Positions 9,587-18,125 of a DNA stretch of 38,080 nt are shown piece by piece. The translations under genes and the position numbers were made by a program. Every line of letters begins with the position of its first letter. Within the stretch, counting starts at the first letter, position 1. The notes below the pieces were generated by a model, which was not told the origin of the DNA, ran no database searches, and was given only the letters and a program-made list of their open reading frames with translations. Source of the stretch: Oscillospiraceae bacterium. Lineage in GTDB: Bacteria > Bacillota > Clostridia > Oscillospirales > Butyricicoccaceae. The stretch is from contig JAVBSJ010000008.1 in NCBI GenBank assembly GCA_031547105.1, positions 1-38,080 on the forward strand. Direction: 5' to 3'.

Positions 9587-10849
9587 CTAAAGCCAGTCTA
9601 TCTTTTGCTTTTCTTTCCTGGGTGTCTTGGAGAGGGCGGCGCCCTCCTTTATCTGGGCATACAGGCTTTTTGCCAAGTCGGCCTGAGCCTTTGATACGGC
9701 ATGTGAAGAATATCGCGCGGGGACATATATGTCCCGCAGGGCGGACAGAGGCGCCTCCGGCGCGCTTTTGGCAAAGGTTTTGAGGACTTGTGCGCTGTCC
9801 ATAACAGGGGTTATGCCGCCGGCTTTTTCGGCGAGGCTCAAATGCTTGCGGTAGTAATGGCGCACCGTTTCACGGTTTGTGCGGCGGGCAAAAAGACCGA
9901 GAGCGCTTTTCCCTTCGTCCCCGGGCAGGGCTTCACGGACGGAGATGAGTCCGGCGGGCTGGTCAAACCTGCGGTTTTTGCCCGCAAGGTATCTGAACAG
10001 ACATACCAACAGGAATACCACAAGTGCCGCCGCACAAAGAATAAGGGCTGCCGTCAGCCAGGCAGGCACGCCTGTGCCAATGATTTCTTCAAACTCAAAA
10101 TCACTGCCGTTGCCCATTATGCCGTTGCTTTCATCCGGTTTAGTGACGATTTCCCTGCCGAACAGCAGTGAAAACAGGCCGGAAAAAAGGGAGAAGAAGC
10201 GCAGCAGCAGGTAAATTGCCGACAGCATCACCGGCAGAATTATATTGCTGTAAACAAAGCCGACTGTGCCCGCCGTAAGCGCTAAAACCTGTGGGGAGGA
10301 CAGCACCAGCGCACCGGCGCAAAGGGCAGTCATCGTGAGAAGGTTGGCCAGCTTAAAAGCCCCTCCTTCAATTACGGCGCGGTCATGCCTGAGAGTCCTG
10401 AGCAGCGTTACGCCGCAGACGGCGCATACGGCGGCGGAGGGCAGGGTCAGCACCGACAGATACCGCGTGCCGATGCCGGCAAGGCTTATCAAGGCGGCTC
10501 CTAAAAGCGCCAGCAGCTGCATACGGAAAACATCAAAAAAGTCGCCGTCGTCAATAAGGTAGTACTCTTTTACGGTGACAAAGGCGGTGTAGCAAAAAGC
10601 GATGGCGATAAGCACACGGTCGGCGCCTGTTTTGGCGAAGAAAAGGGCGGCAGGGGCGGCAAGAAGAGGCGCAAGCCGCACAAAACGGGATTTCCTGCGC
10701 AGCATAAAGCAGGCTGTGCCGCACAATGCCAGAACAAGGGCGGCCGCCGGCATAAAGGAAACCTCGCTGAAAAAGGCGGCTGTCAGCCCTGCCACACATA
10801 GTATAAAGCAGCTGTCCAGAAACAGCTTTATAAAAATAACAAGGGACAT
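9587..10849 (-). CDS. Polytopic membrane protein with DUF4129-like C-terminal domain (third gene of MoxR operon)
   Basis: About 9-10 TM helices are followed by a soluble tail (RHYYRKHLSLAEKAGG...LRDIYVPARYS) resembling DUF4129, as found at the C-termini of TgpA-like proteins. The start is taken at ATG 10849, 1 nt after the DUF58 stop, because the ORF-track extension to 10924 overlaps DUF58. Confidence 0.6.
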   Translation of the reverse strand: MSLVIFIKLFLDSCFILCVAGLTAAFFSEVSFMPAAALVLALCGTACFMLRRKSRFVRLAPLLAAPAALFFAKTGADRVLIAIAFCYTAFVTVKEYYLIDDGDFFDVFRMQLLALLGAALISLAGIGTRYLSVLTLPSAAVCAVCGVTLLRTLRHDRAVIEGGAFKLANLLTMTALCAGALVLSSPQVLALTAGTVGFVYSNIILPVMLSAIYLLLRFFSLFSGLFSLLFGREIVTKPDESNGIMGNGSDFEFEEIIGTGVPAWLTAALILCAAALVVFLLVCLFRYLAGKNRRFDQPAGLISVREALPGDEGKSALGLFARRTNRETVRHYYRKHLSLAEKAGGITPVMDSAQVLKTFAKSAPEAPLSALRDIYVPARYSSHAVSKAQADLAKSLYAQIKEGAALSKTPRKEKQKIDWL

Positions 10850-10850
10850 A

Positions 10851-11933
10851 TCAGCTTTCCTCCTGCGCAGGGGCGATGGTGGCGGGATCCAGAAGCAGCA
10901 CCCGGGAGCCCTTGATATGCTCAAGCCGGGCGGCCTGCCTGCGGATTTCCTCTGTTATAGCGGGGGTTATCAGTATAAAGCTGCGCCCGGCCTCGCCCGA
11001 GCGCAGGCACTTTTCGGCAAGGGCGGAAAAGGGCAGGGTGCTGTCATAGGTGGCGCGGCCCAGCCCCTCCAAAATGGCCTTAAGATGGGTGGGACCCAAG
11101 CCCTCGCCTATCTGTGACCACAGCCCCATTGCCCCCGCCGACGTGGCGTTGGTGATTATGCTGTATTTTACCCGCTTTTCCTCCAGCAGCTCACAGACAG
11201 CGCGTGCAATTGAGAAGCAGGCCTCTATTTGCGTGTGCTTCGGGGGCTGCCCGCCGCTCTCCGCGACATTGAGAAGAAGGGTGACCGAGAGGTCAAGGGT
11301 ATGGTCATAGTTTTTCACTACGACCTTATTCATTTTTGCGCTTTGCGTCCAGGAAATAGCCCTTTGCGGCTCCCTGCCGGTATAGTCGCGGAAGCCAAGG
11401 GTGAGAATAGGATCCTCCATAATGAAGCGGTTGACCGAAATATCACCCAAGAAATCGCCAAGGGTGTCGCCGATAGCGGTGTTTTCATCACGCCTGGGCA
11501 GTATGACTATTTCACGGTTGGCGGGATAAAAGCCCGAGAGCTGGCTGATTCCGAGGAAGTCCCCACCGTACAGCGTTGCGCCCCGCAGAAAATAGCGCCC
11601 CCTTGCAGGCATGGAGGCCTTGAAGGTGCGTTTAAGCCTCTGCCGCGGCTTGAGGAAAACAGTCGAAACAAGGCGGCACTGCTCATTGTCCCGCCTGAGC
11701 ACCACATCTCCGACAGGCTGCAGATCGTGGGGCAGAGACTCCTGCATTCGGAGAAAGGAGACAGGCAGGCGGCGGTTATTGGCGAGCTCTGTAACCACCT
11801 CAAAAACCTCATCAGGGTCAAGGGTGGAAACGGAGGGATAGGTATCATATGTGATGCCGTCTAAAGCATGGCGCAGCGAATGCTGCTCAAGCAATATAAG
11901 CGCCAGCCCTAAAATTATAAAAAACCAAATCAT
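10851..11933 (-). CDS. DUF58 domain protein
   Basis: An N-terminal TM helix is followed by FRDYTGREPQRAISWTQSAK (the REY-x-GD...I-W...SA DUF58 motif) and LDLS. The ATG overlaps the MoxR stop (ATGA, 11930-11933). Confidence 0.8.
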   Translation of the reverse strand: MIWFFIILGLALILLEQHSLRHALDGITYDTYPSVSTLDPDEVFEVVTELANNRRLPVSFLRMQESLPHDLQPVGDVVLRRDNEQCRLVSTVFLKPRQRLKRTFKASMPARGRYFLRGATLYGGDFLGISQLSGFYPANREIVILPRRDENTAIGDTLGDFLGDISVNRFIMEDPILTLGFRDYTGREPQRAISWTQSAKMNKVVVKNYDHTLDLSVTLLLNVAESGGQPPKHTQIEACFSIARAVCELLEEKRVKYSIITNATSAGAMGLWSQIGEGLGPTHLKAILEGLGRATYDSTLPFSALAEKCLRSGEAGRSFILITPAITEEIRRQAARLEHIKGSRVLLLDPATIAPAQEES

Positions 11934-12877
11934 CTGGCGTTTTCGAGAGGGGCGGGGAGGCGTTCCAATATGCGGGCGATGTATTTAAGGCTGTCGCCGG
12001 AGGATGCCCCCGTGCCGGTGACAATCCGGTGGGACAGCACATGGGGCGCCACATAGCGCACATCCTCAGGCAGCACAAAGTCGCGGCCGGAAAAGGCCGC
12101 CTTGACCTGGCTTGCCTTGTACAGCGCTATGGCGCCGCGGGTGGAAACGCCTGTGACAAAGGCGCTTTCCTTGCGGGTAGCCTCAATTATATCCATCATA
12201 TAGGCCGACACGGAGGGATGCACCTCTACGGCGGAATAGCTTTGCTTGAGGGCAAGGGTCTCCTCCGCCGTCACGGCGGGCTCAAGCTCGGCGATAATGT
12301 CTGTAGAGCTGCGGCGGGCGATGACAGAAAGCTCCTCCTCCCGCGTCATGTAGCCCAGCTTAAGCCGCATGAAGAAGCGGTCGGTCTGGGCTTCGGGCAG
12401 AGGGAAGGTGCCGTAGGACTCAACGGGGTTTTGGGTGGCCATGACCATAAACGGCTCCTCAAGGGGGAAGGTGGTGCCGTCCACCGTTATTTGCCGCTCC
12501 TCCATTGCCTCCAGCAGGCTTGACTGGGTGCGGGGGGTGGCGCGGTTGATTTCATCTGCCAAAATTATGTTGGAAAACAGGGGGCCGGGGCGGAACTCAA
12601 ACTCGCCGCTGACCCGGTTATAAAAGTTAATGCCCGTAAGGTCGGAGGGCAGAAGATCGGGGGTAAACTGTATGCGCTTAAAGCCGGAGCCGATAGTCTT
12701 GGCAAAGGCGCGCAGAAGCATGGTTTTGCCGGTGCCGGGAACATCCTCCAGCAGCACATGGCCGGAGCATATAAAGCTTATCAGCACAAGCTCGGTCACA
12801 TCCTCCTTGCCGACGATGACCTTTGCGCAGCTGTCAAGGATTTTTTTGCGGTAATCGGTAAAAATCTGAATATCCAC
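11930..12877 (-). CDS. MoxR-family AAA+ ATPase
   Basis: Walker A is DVPGTGKT and Walker B is ILADEINRA, and the protein is MoxR-like throughout. I prefer the GTG start at 12877, 8 nt after GGAGGA at 12886-12891. The ORF-track start 12955 would place a 10-bp hairpin (12915-12940) inside the gene. Confidence 0.85.
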   Translation of the reverse strand: MDIQIFTDYRKKILDSCAKVIVGKEDVTELVLISFICSGHVLLEDVPGTGKTMLLRAFAKTIGSGFKRIQFTPDLLPSDLTGINFYNRVSGEFEFRPGPLFSNIILADEINRATPRTQSSLLEAMEERQITVDGTTFPLEEPFMVMATQNPVESYGTFPLPEAQTDRFFMRLKLGYMTREEELSVIARRSSTDIIAELEPAVTAEETLALKQSYSAVEVHPSVSAYMMDIIEATRKESAFVTGVSTRGAIALYKASQVKAAFSGRDFVLPEDVRYVAPHVLSHRIVTGTGASSGDSLKYIARILERLPAPLENAR

Positions 12878-12914
12878 CCTGTTATCCTCCAGGCAAAATA
12901 AATAATTTACCAAA

Positions 12915-12940
12915 GGCCGTTTTACCTTAGTAAAACGGCC
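12915..12940 (-). terminator. Hairpin between ferredoxin and MoxR (terminator/attenuator candidate)
   Basis: GGCCGTTTTA / TAAAACGGCC forms a 10-bp stem with a 6-nt loop, followed on the minus strand by TTTGG. The T-tract is weak. Confidence 0.4.
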
Positions 12941-13027
12941 CGGATTTGTCAACAATGTATTGCGCCGCGTTTGCCGAAAGGCAAACCGCAGCCGGCAGGC
13001 TGCTCATCCCGCCGGAAAGAGCTTTAA

Positions 13028-13195
13028 TTATTCCTCAATAGCGTCAACAGGGCACTGGGATGCGCAAGCGCCGCAGGAAACGCAAATTTCGGGGTCGATC
13101 TCATACTTTCCGCCCTTGTCGGCGATAGCATCAACGGGGCACTGGGACGCGCAAGCGCCGCAAGCGATGCATTTATCAGAAATCTTATAAGCCAT
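13028..13195 (-). CDS. 2x[4Fe-4S] clostridial-type ferredoxin (55 aa), absent from the ORF track
   Basis: Manual reverse translation gives MAYKISDKCIACGACASQCPVDAIADKGGKYEIDPEICVSCGACASQCPVDAIEE*, which contains two CxxCxxCxxxCP motifs. GGAGGTG lies 9 nt upstream of the ATG. Confidence 0.88.
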   Translation of the reverse strand: MAYKISDKCIACGACASQCPVDAIADKGGKYEIDPEICVSCGACASQCPVDAIEE

Positions 13196-13329
13196 TATTG
13201 AGTACACCTCCTATAACAAATATAAGACCATTTTAACATGAAAATGAGAAAATGCAACGGCAAAGGCGAAATATATTTGGGTTTTCTGTGAACAATATGT
13301 ACAAACAGCATGAAAGGCGGGATAGCTTT

Positions 13330-13452
13330 ATGAAGCAAATGAAACCACAGGACAACGATATTCAAATGACGGTAGGTCACGAAAACCGGTTTGAACAGAC
13401 GGCAAAAAAGCCCCAGCAGGCAAAAACTACCCAGGAAGTGACGGAAAAATAA
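13330..13452 (+). CDS. Possible 40-aa hydrophilic micro-protein immediately upstream of the Clp ATPase
   Basis: ATG 13330 is preceded by AAAGGCGGG. The stop at 13450-13452 lies 3 nt before the Clp ATG, an arrangement compatible with coupling. I recognise no homology. Confidence 0.25.
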   Translation: MKQMKPQDNDIQMTVGHENRFEQTAKKPQQAKTTQEVTEK

Positions 13453-13455
13453 ATC

Positions 13456-15648
13456 ATGCTTGACTCACGCTTTACACAGAGCGCCCAGTGGGTGCTGATG
13501 ATGGCGTTTGCCAAAGCAAGGGCCTTTTCCCATTCCTGTCTCTGCTCGGAGCATATGCTGCTGGGCATATATAACGAAAAATCCTCCGCCGCCTACAGGG
13601 CGCTGGCGGGGCACGGCGTCACGCCTGAGCAGCTTGAGCGGGAAATAAAAAACCGCGCGGGGGAGGACAAGCCCCGGGCGGGGTATACCATTACAATCTC
13701 ACGGGAGGCGGTCAGCGTCATTGAAGGGGCAGCGCGGCTGGCGCTGGCGTCGACAAAGCAGGAGGTCACGCCCGAGCACCTGATGCTGTCTATCATCAGC
13801 CAGCCAAAATGCGTCGCCTGCGAGATATTGACCTCGCTGGGGGTCGATTTGGATTCCCTAAAAAAATGGGTCTCCGACCCCTCCTCTGGCTACCCCAAAG
13901 CGGCCAGAACCAAAACACAGGAGCTTAAGGTGGCGCTGCAGTTCGGGGTAGATATGACCAAGCGGGCCTCGGAGGGGCTTTATGACCCTGTGGTAGGGCG
14001 GGAGCGGGAAATTGACCGGATGAGCACCGTTTTGTGCAGGCGCCAGAAGAGCAACCCTGTCCTTCTGGGGGAAGCGGGGGTGGGGAAGACCGCCCTTGTA
14101 GAAGGGCTAGCCATGCGCATCGCCCAGGGAAAGGTGCCGGCGCAGCTGGCGGACAAGCGCATAATTTCCATAGATATGGCGGCAATAGTGTCGGGCACGA
14201 AATATAGGGGCGAGTTTGAGGAAAAGATGCGTCAGCTCATCGAAGAGCTTAAAAACGCCCGGGATGTAATCTTGTTCATCGATGAAGTCCACATGATAGC
14301 GGGTGCCGGAGCGGCGGAAGGGGCTGTGGACGCCTCCAACATACTGAAGCCGGCGCTGGCCAGAGGGAGCCTGCAGCTTATCGGCGCCACCACCCCCGCC
14401 GAATACAAAAAATATATCAGCAAGGATTCGGCGCTGGAGCGCCGCTTTCAGTGCGTGCAGGTGTCAGAGCCCTCCAGGGAACAGACCAGAGAAATACTGG
14501 CGGGGCTTAAGCCCAAGTATCAGCAGTTCCACGGCGTCACGATTTCGCAGCCCATTCTCAATGACGCGGTGGAGCTGGGGGCCCGTTACCTGCCCGAGCG
14601 CCGCTTTCCCGATAAGGCCATTGACCTGGTGGATGAGGCCTGCGCCCTTGCCGTCATATCGGGGCGCAGCCGGGTCAGCGGCAAGGATTTGCGGGAGGTG
14701 CTTTCGGTTATGGCGGCTATGCCGGTGGGGGACATAGACGAGGGGGAAAAGCAGCGCCTTTTGCAGATAGAGCAGGTGCTGGGAGAGCGGGTCATAGGCC
14801 AGCCGGAAGCCGTCAAAGCGGTGGCAAAGGCCGTGCGCCGCGCCCGCGCCCTACCCTCCGCGCTGGAAAGGCCGGGAGGAATTTTCCTCTTTTGCGGCAA
14901 GTCGGGCGTCGGCAAGACCGAGCTTGCCAAGGCGCTGGCCTTCGGTCTCTTCGGAGATGAAAAAGCGCTGGTGCGTCTTGATATGTCGGAATATATGGAG
15001 GCTCACAGCGTCTCCAAAATGATTGGCTCACCTCCCGGCTATGTGGGCTACGGGCAGGGGGGACAGCTGACAGAAAAAATACGCAAAAAGCCTTTTTCGG
15101 TCGTTTTGCTTGACGAAATTGAGAAAGCCCACCCCGACGTGCTTAATCTGCTTTTGCAGATGCTGGAGGACGGTGTTTTGACCGATGGTGAGGGGGGAAG
15201 CGTAAGCTTCAAAAACACCATTATTGTAATGACCTCCAACATCGGGATGCACAGGGAGGATGTGCCCCGGGCCGGATTTGTGCAAACGCCTTCCCGGGCA
15301 AGCCAGGTGTCACAGGTCAAGCGGGAGCTTAAAAAGGCCTTTCGCCCCGAGCTGCTGGGCAGGATAGATGAAACCATCGTATTTAACGAGCTCACCGAAA
15401 CCGACCTTGTGGCCATTGCCGGCAAGCTGATGGGCTCTTTTAAGGAGCGGCTGAGCATGGAGCACATCGGAGTTTCGTGGGAGGAAAGTGTACTGCCCCT
15501 TTTATGCGCGGGAGAGGGGGGCGCCCGTCAGATACGGCAGAATATCGTCAGCCTTGTGCAGGACCCTATATCAGAGCGTTACTTGGCCGGAAAGCTGGGG
15601 GACAGCGTGCTGGTTAGGGAGCGTGAAGGCCAGGTTGAAATTATGTGA
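13456..15648 (+). CDS. Class-I Clp/Hsp100 ATPase (ClpC/ClpA-like, two AAA+ modules, short linker)
   Basis: A Clp_N-like N-terminus (SEHMLLGI) is followed by Walker A1 GEAGVGKTA and Walker B FIDEVH. The second module carries Walker A2 GKSGVGKTE and LLDEIEKAH. At 730 aa it has no long coiled-coil M-domain. Confidence 0.88.
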   Translation: MLDSRFTQSAQWVLMMAFAKARAFSHSCLCSEHMLLGIYNEKSSAAYRALAGHGVTPEQLEREIKNRAGEDKPRAGYTITISREAVSVIEGAARLALASTKQEVTPEHLMLSIISQPKCVACEILTSLGVDLDSLKKWVSDPSSGYPKAARTKTQELKVALQFGVDMTKRASEGLYDPVVGREREIDRMSTVLCRRQKSNPVLLGEAGVGKTALVEGLAMRIAQGKVPAQLADKRIISIDMAAIVSGTKYRGEFEEKMRQLIEELKNARDVILFIDEVHMIAGAGAAEGAVDASNILKPALARGSLQLIGATTPAEYKKYISKDSALERRFQCVQVSEPSREQTREILAGLKPKYQQFHGVTISQPILNDAVELGARYLPERRFPDKAIDLVDEACALAVISGRSRVSGKDLREVLSVMAAMPVGDIDEGEKQRLLQIEQVLGERVIGQPEAVKAVAKAVRRARALPSALERPGGIFLFCGKSGVGKTELAKALAFGLFGDEKALVRLDMSEYMEAHSVSKMIGSPPGYVGYGQGGQLTEKIRKKPFSVVLLDEIEKAHPDVLNLLLQMLEDGVLTDGEGGSVSFKNTIIVMTSNIGMHREDVPRAGFVQTPSRASQVSQVKRELKKAFRPELLGRIDETIVFNELTETDLVAIAGKLMGSFKERLSMEHIGVSWEESVLPLLCAGEGGARQIRQNIVSLVQDPISERYLAGKLGDSVLVREREGQVEIM

Positions 15649-15651
15649 TAT

Positions 15652-15688
15652 AAGATCAGGCGCCAGATATTATCAGGCGCCTGATCTT
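15652..15688. terminator. Bidirectional terminator between the Clp gene and a convergent membrane-protein gene
   Basis: 13-bp perfect stem AAGATCAGGCGCC / GGCGCCTGATCTT with an 11-nt loop. Confidence 0.7.
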
Positions 15689-16590
15689 TAAGCTACTTTG
15701 CCCAGTAATTCGGAGAGCTCTGCACGCGACATTTTTTCTCCGGGTAGCTGCAGTATTTTTTCGATCATCTGTAGGTCGGTGATGCCTATGTCGAATAGGT
15801 CACAATTGGGGCTGAGTTCTTTGCATATGTAAATATATCCCCGGTAATAGAGGACGCCGGGCTTGTCCCAAAGGGGGGTCACGATGAGATATGTGCCTTC
15901 ATAAAAGAAGACATCATATTCGACATCCTTTCCCACATTGGAGTTGTTCCACGCATTGTCCCAAGATTCCTCGTCGTTACGGTTGAATAAGTGTTCATAG
16001 ACCATCATAACGCCATCATATGTGATAACAGTTTTTTCGGGCTTCGTAATATCCCACAAGTGTGGGGCACCTTCATGTTGCAGCTTGTAGTGTCCCAGAC
16101 CCAGAGAAGTCAGATCGGCGTAGGTCTCATAGGTTTTGATCTCGTTTTGCAGCATTGTGATCTCGTTTTTGTATGCGTTCTGTGCGGGTATGTTTTTTAT
16201 ACTATTCAAGGCGATCAAGGAAAAGGGGAACAGTGAAACAAACCAAATCACAAGCGTGATGGTAGTTTTGTAAATGACATTGACAAACAGCTTGCGTGGC
16301 TTAGCCTGCTTGAGCAGCTTTGTGTTCAGCATAAAGCTGAAAAACATATAGGGCAAGAAAATAACAACATAGAGATAGACAAATATGAAAGGGACAGAAA
16401 GCGTTCCCGCTAGCATTAAAAAATGGATAAGCACGCAGATTCCGTAACCCCGCTTGCAATCTTGGATGTTCAAATTGCCGGTCTTGTTTTTTTTAAGAAG
16501 CACCGGCAGAAGGGCGAAGGATAATGTCAATCCAACGAGGAGGTATTTGCCGAGCCTCGTTTCAGTGATCACATACCATATACCTGTCAT
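15688..16590 (-). CDS. Hypothetical membrane protein (4 TM + ~150-aa soluble C-terminal domain)
   Basis: 300-aa ORF with RBS AAAGGGGGA 6 nt upstream, lying 23 nt downstream of comM. It is visibly AT-richer than its neighbours, and I recognise no family. Confidence 0.6.
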   Translation of the reverse strand: MTGIWYVITETRLGKYLLVGLTLSFALLPVLLKKNKTGNLNIQDCKRGYGICVLIHFLMLAGTLSVPFIFVYLYVVIFLPYMFFSFMLNTKLLKQAKPRKLFVNVIYKTTITLVIWFVSLFPFSLIALNSIKNIPAQNAYKNEITMLQNEIKTYETYADLTSLGLGHYKLQHEGAPHLWDITKPEKTVITYDGVMMVYEHLFNRNDEESWDNAWNNSNVGKDVEYDVFFYEGTYLIVTPLWDKPGVLYYRGYIYICKELSPNCDLFDIGITDLQMIEKILQLPGEKMSRAELSELLGKVA

Positions 16591-16613
16591 ATCATATCCC
16601 CCTTTTTAAAAAC

Positions 16614-18125
16614 TTACTCCCTGTCCAGCGACCGGAATTGTATCGCCTCGGCGATGTGAGGGGCGCCGATATTTTCCGCCCCGTCCAAATCGGCGATGGT
16701 GCGAGCCACCTTAAGCACCTTGTCGTAAGAGCGCCCTGTCATCCCCAACGCGTCAAAGGCGGTGCGCAGCAGCGCCGCCCCCGCTTCGTCAGGGGTGCAG
16801 AACCGCGCCATCATAGCGGGGGTGAGCTGGGCGTTGGAGGTTATTCCGTCATTTGCATACCGCGTTATCTGTATATACCGCGCACGGTTGACCCGCGCCA
16901 GAATACTTTCTGAGCTTTCAGCGGGGGTGCGCTTGGCGAGGCTTTGATAATCCACCGAGGGGACATTGATATGTATATCAATGCGGTCAAGCAGGGGACC
17001 CGATATACGCGCCCGATACTGGCGCACGGCCTGGTCAGTGCAGGTGCATTTGCCGGAAGGGTGGCCGTAATAGCCGCACTTGCAGGGATTCATGGCGCAG
17101 ACAAGCATGATGTTGGAGGGGAAGGTCTGGTTGCCCGACACCCGGGAAATGGTTATCACGCCGTCCTCTAGGGGCTGCCTTAGCGCTTCCAGCGAATCGC
17201 GGGAAAACTCCGGAAGCTCGTCCAAAAACAGCACGCCGTTGTGTGCGAGGGAGATTTCCCCCGGTCTGGGAACACGCCCGCCGCCTGCCATAGCGGCGGA
17301 GGACACCGTGTGGTGGGGGGAGCGGAAGGGGCGGTAGTTTATCATGGGATTGCCGGCGCTTAAAAGCCCGGCAACCGAATACACCTTGGTGGTCTCCAGC
17401 GCTTCCCGCTGGGTCATGTCGGGCAGGATGGAGGGCAAACGCCGTGCCACCATGCTTTTGCCCGAGCCGGGAGGGCCGATGAGCAGGATGTTGTGGGCCC
17501 CGGCAGCTGCCACCTCGGCGGCGCGCTTGACGCTTTCCTGCCCCATAATATCGGCAAAGTCCATATGGTCGCCCCGGACGCTTTTGAATACATATTCATC
17601 CTGGGGAATAAGAAGCTCTTCCCCCTTCAGGTGGGCGGCAAGCGCCGAAATATCCTTGACCGGATAGACCGTTATGCCTCCTGCCAGGGTGGCTTCGCTG
17701 GCATTTTCCACGGGGACAAAAAGGCTGTCAAAGCCGGACTCCTTGGCGGCCAGCGCCATAGGCAGCATCCCCGACACAGGTCTAACCTCCCCTGTCAGAG
17801 AAAGCTCCCCAATAAAGCAGCTTCCCTCCTTGGGCAGCGGGAGCTGACCGGAGCAGGAGAGGATGCCAACCAGAATGGGAAGGTCGTAATTGGGGCCTTC
17901 CTTTTTCATGTCGGCGGGGGCGAGGTTTATGGTGATGCGCCGAAGGGGATATTCAAATCCGGCGTTTTTTATGGCGGCGCGAACCCTGTCCTGCGCCTCC
18001 TTGACGGAGGCGTCCGGCAGCCCCACAACGTCAAAACGGGCAAGGCCAAGAGACAGGTCGCACTCACATGTGACGGCGCACCCCTGCATCCCCGATATTC
18101 CGGCTGTGTTGACCTTGACTACCAT
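16614..18125 (-). CDS. comM: YifB/ComM-family Mg-chelatase-like AAA+ ATPase
   Basis: An N-terminal Lon-protease-like fold (ChlI N-terminal region) is followed by Walker A GPPGSGKSM and GVLFLDELPEF. A zinc-ribbon-like CKCGYYGHPSGKCTC and a C-terminal helical domain complete the protein. Confidence 0.9.
   Translation of the reverse strand: MVVKVNTAGISGMQGCAVTCECDLSLGLARFDVVGLPDASVKEAQDRVRAAIKNAGFEYPLRRITINLAPADMKKEGPNYDLPILVGILSCSGQLPLPKEGSCFIGELSLTGEVRPVSGMLPMALAAKESGFDSLFVPVENASEATLAGGITVYPVKDISALAAHLKGEELLIPQDEYVFKSVRGDHMDFADIMGQESVKRAAEVAAAGAHNILLIGPPGSGKSMVARRLPSILPDMTQREALETTKVYSVAGLLSAGNPMINYRPFRSPHHTVSSAAMAGGGRVPRPGEISLAHNGVLFLDELPEFSRDSLEALRQPLEDGVITISRVSGNQTFPSNIMLVCAMNPCKCGYYGHPSGKCTCTDQAVRQYRARISGPLLDRIDIHINVPSVDYQSLAKRTPAESSESILARVNRARYIQITRYANDGITSNAQLTPAMMARFCTPDEAGAALLRTAFDALGMTGRSYDKVLKVARTIADLDGAENIGAPHIAEAIQFRSLDRE

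Noticed and set aside
10850-10924. ORF-track N-terminal extensions (10924, 12955, 9568, 21351, 25763, 27564, 32607, 35775, 37053)
   Set aside because: Each extension lacks an RBS and/or overlaps the upstream gene or a hairpin, while an internal start with a good Shine-Dalgarno sequence and a sensible N-terminus exists.
12947-12952. TTGACA hexamer (minus strand) upstream of MoxR as a promoter
   Set aside because: The best -10 at the right spacing is only TAAGGT, and the predicted transcript would start inside the 12915-12940 hairpin. The evidence is too weak to call.
12960-13190. 76-aa plus-strand ORF with an internal repeat
   Set aside because: It is the mirror image of the minus-strand ferredoxin gene, which has an RBS and perfect Cys motifs.
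13196-13455. Search for a CtsR operator (GGTCAAA direct repeat) or CIRCE element upstream of the Clp gene
   Set aside because: Only a loose GGTCACGAAAACCGGTT resemblance is present. There is no tandem heptad or TTAGCACTC-N9-GAGTGCTAA.
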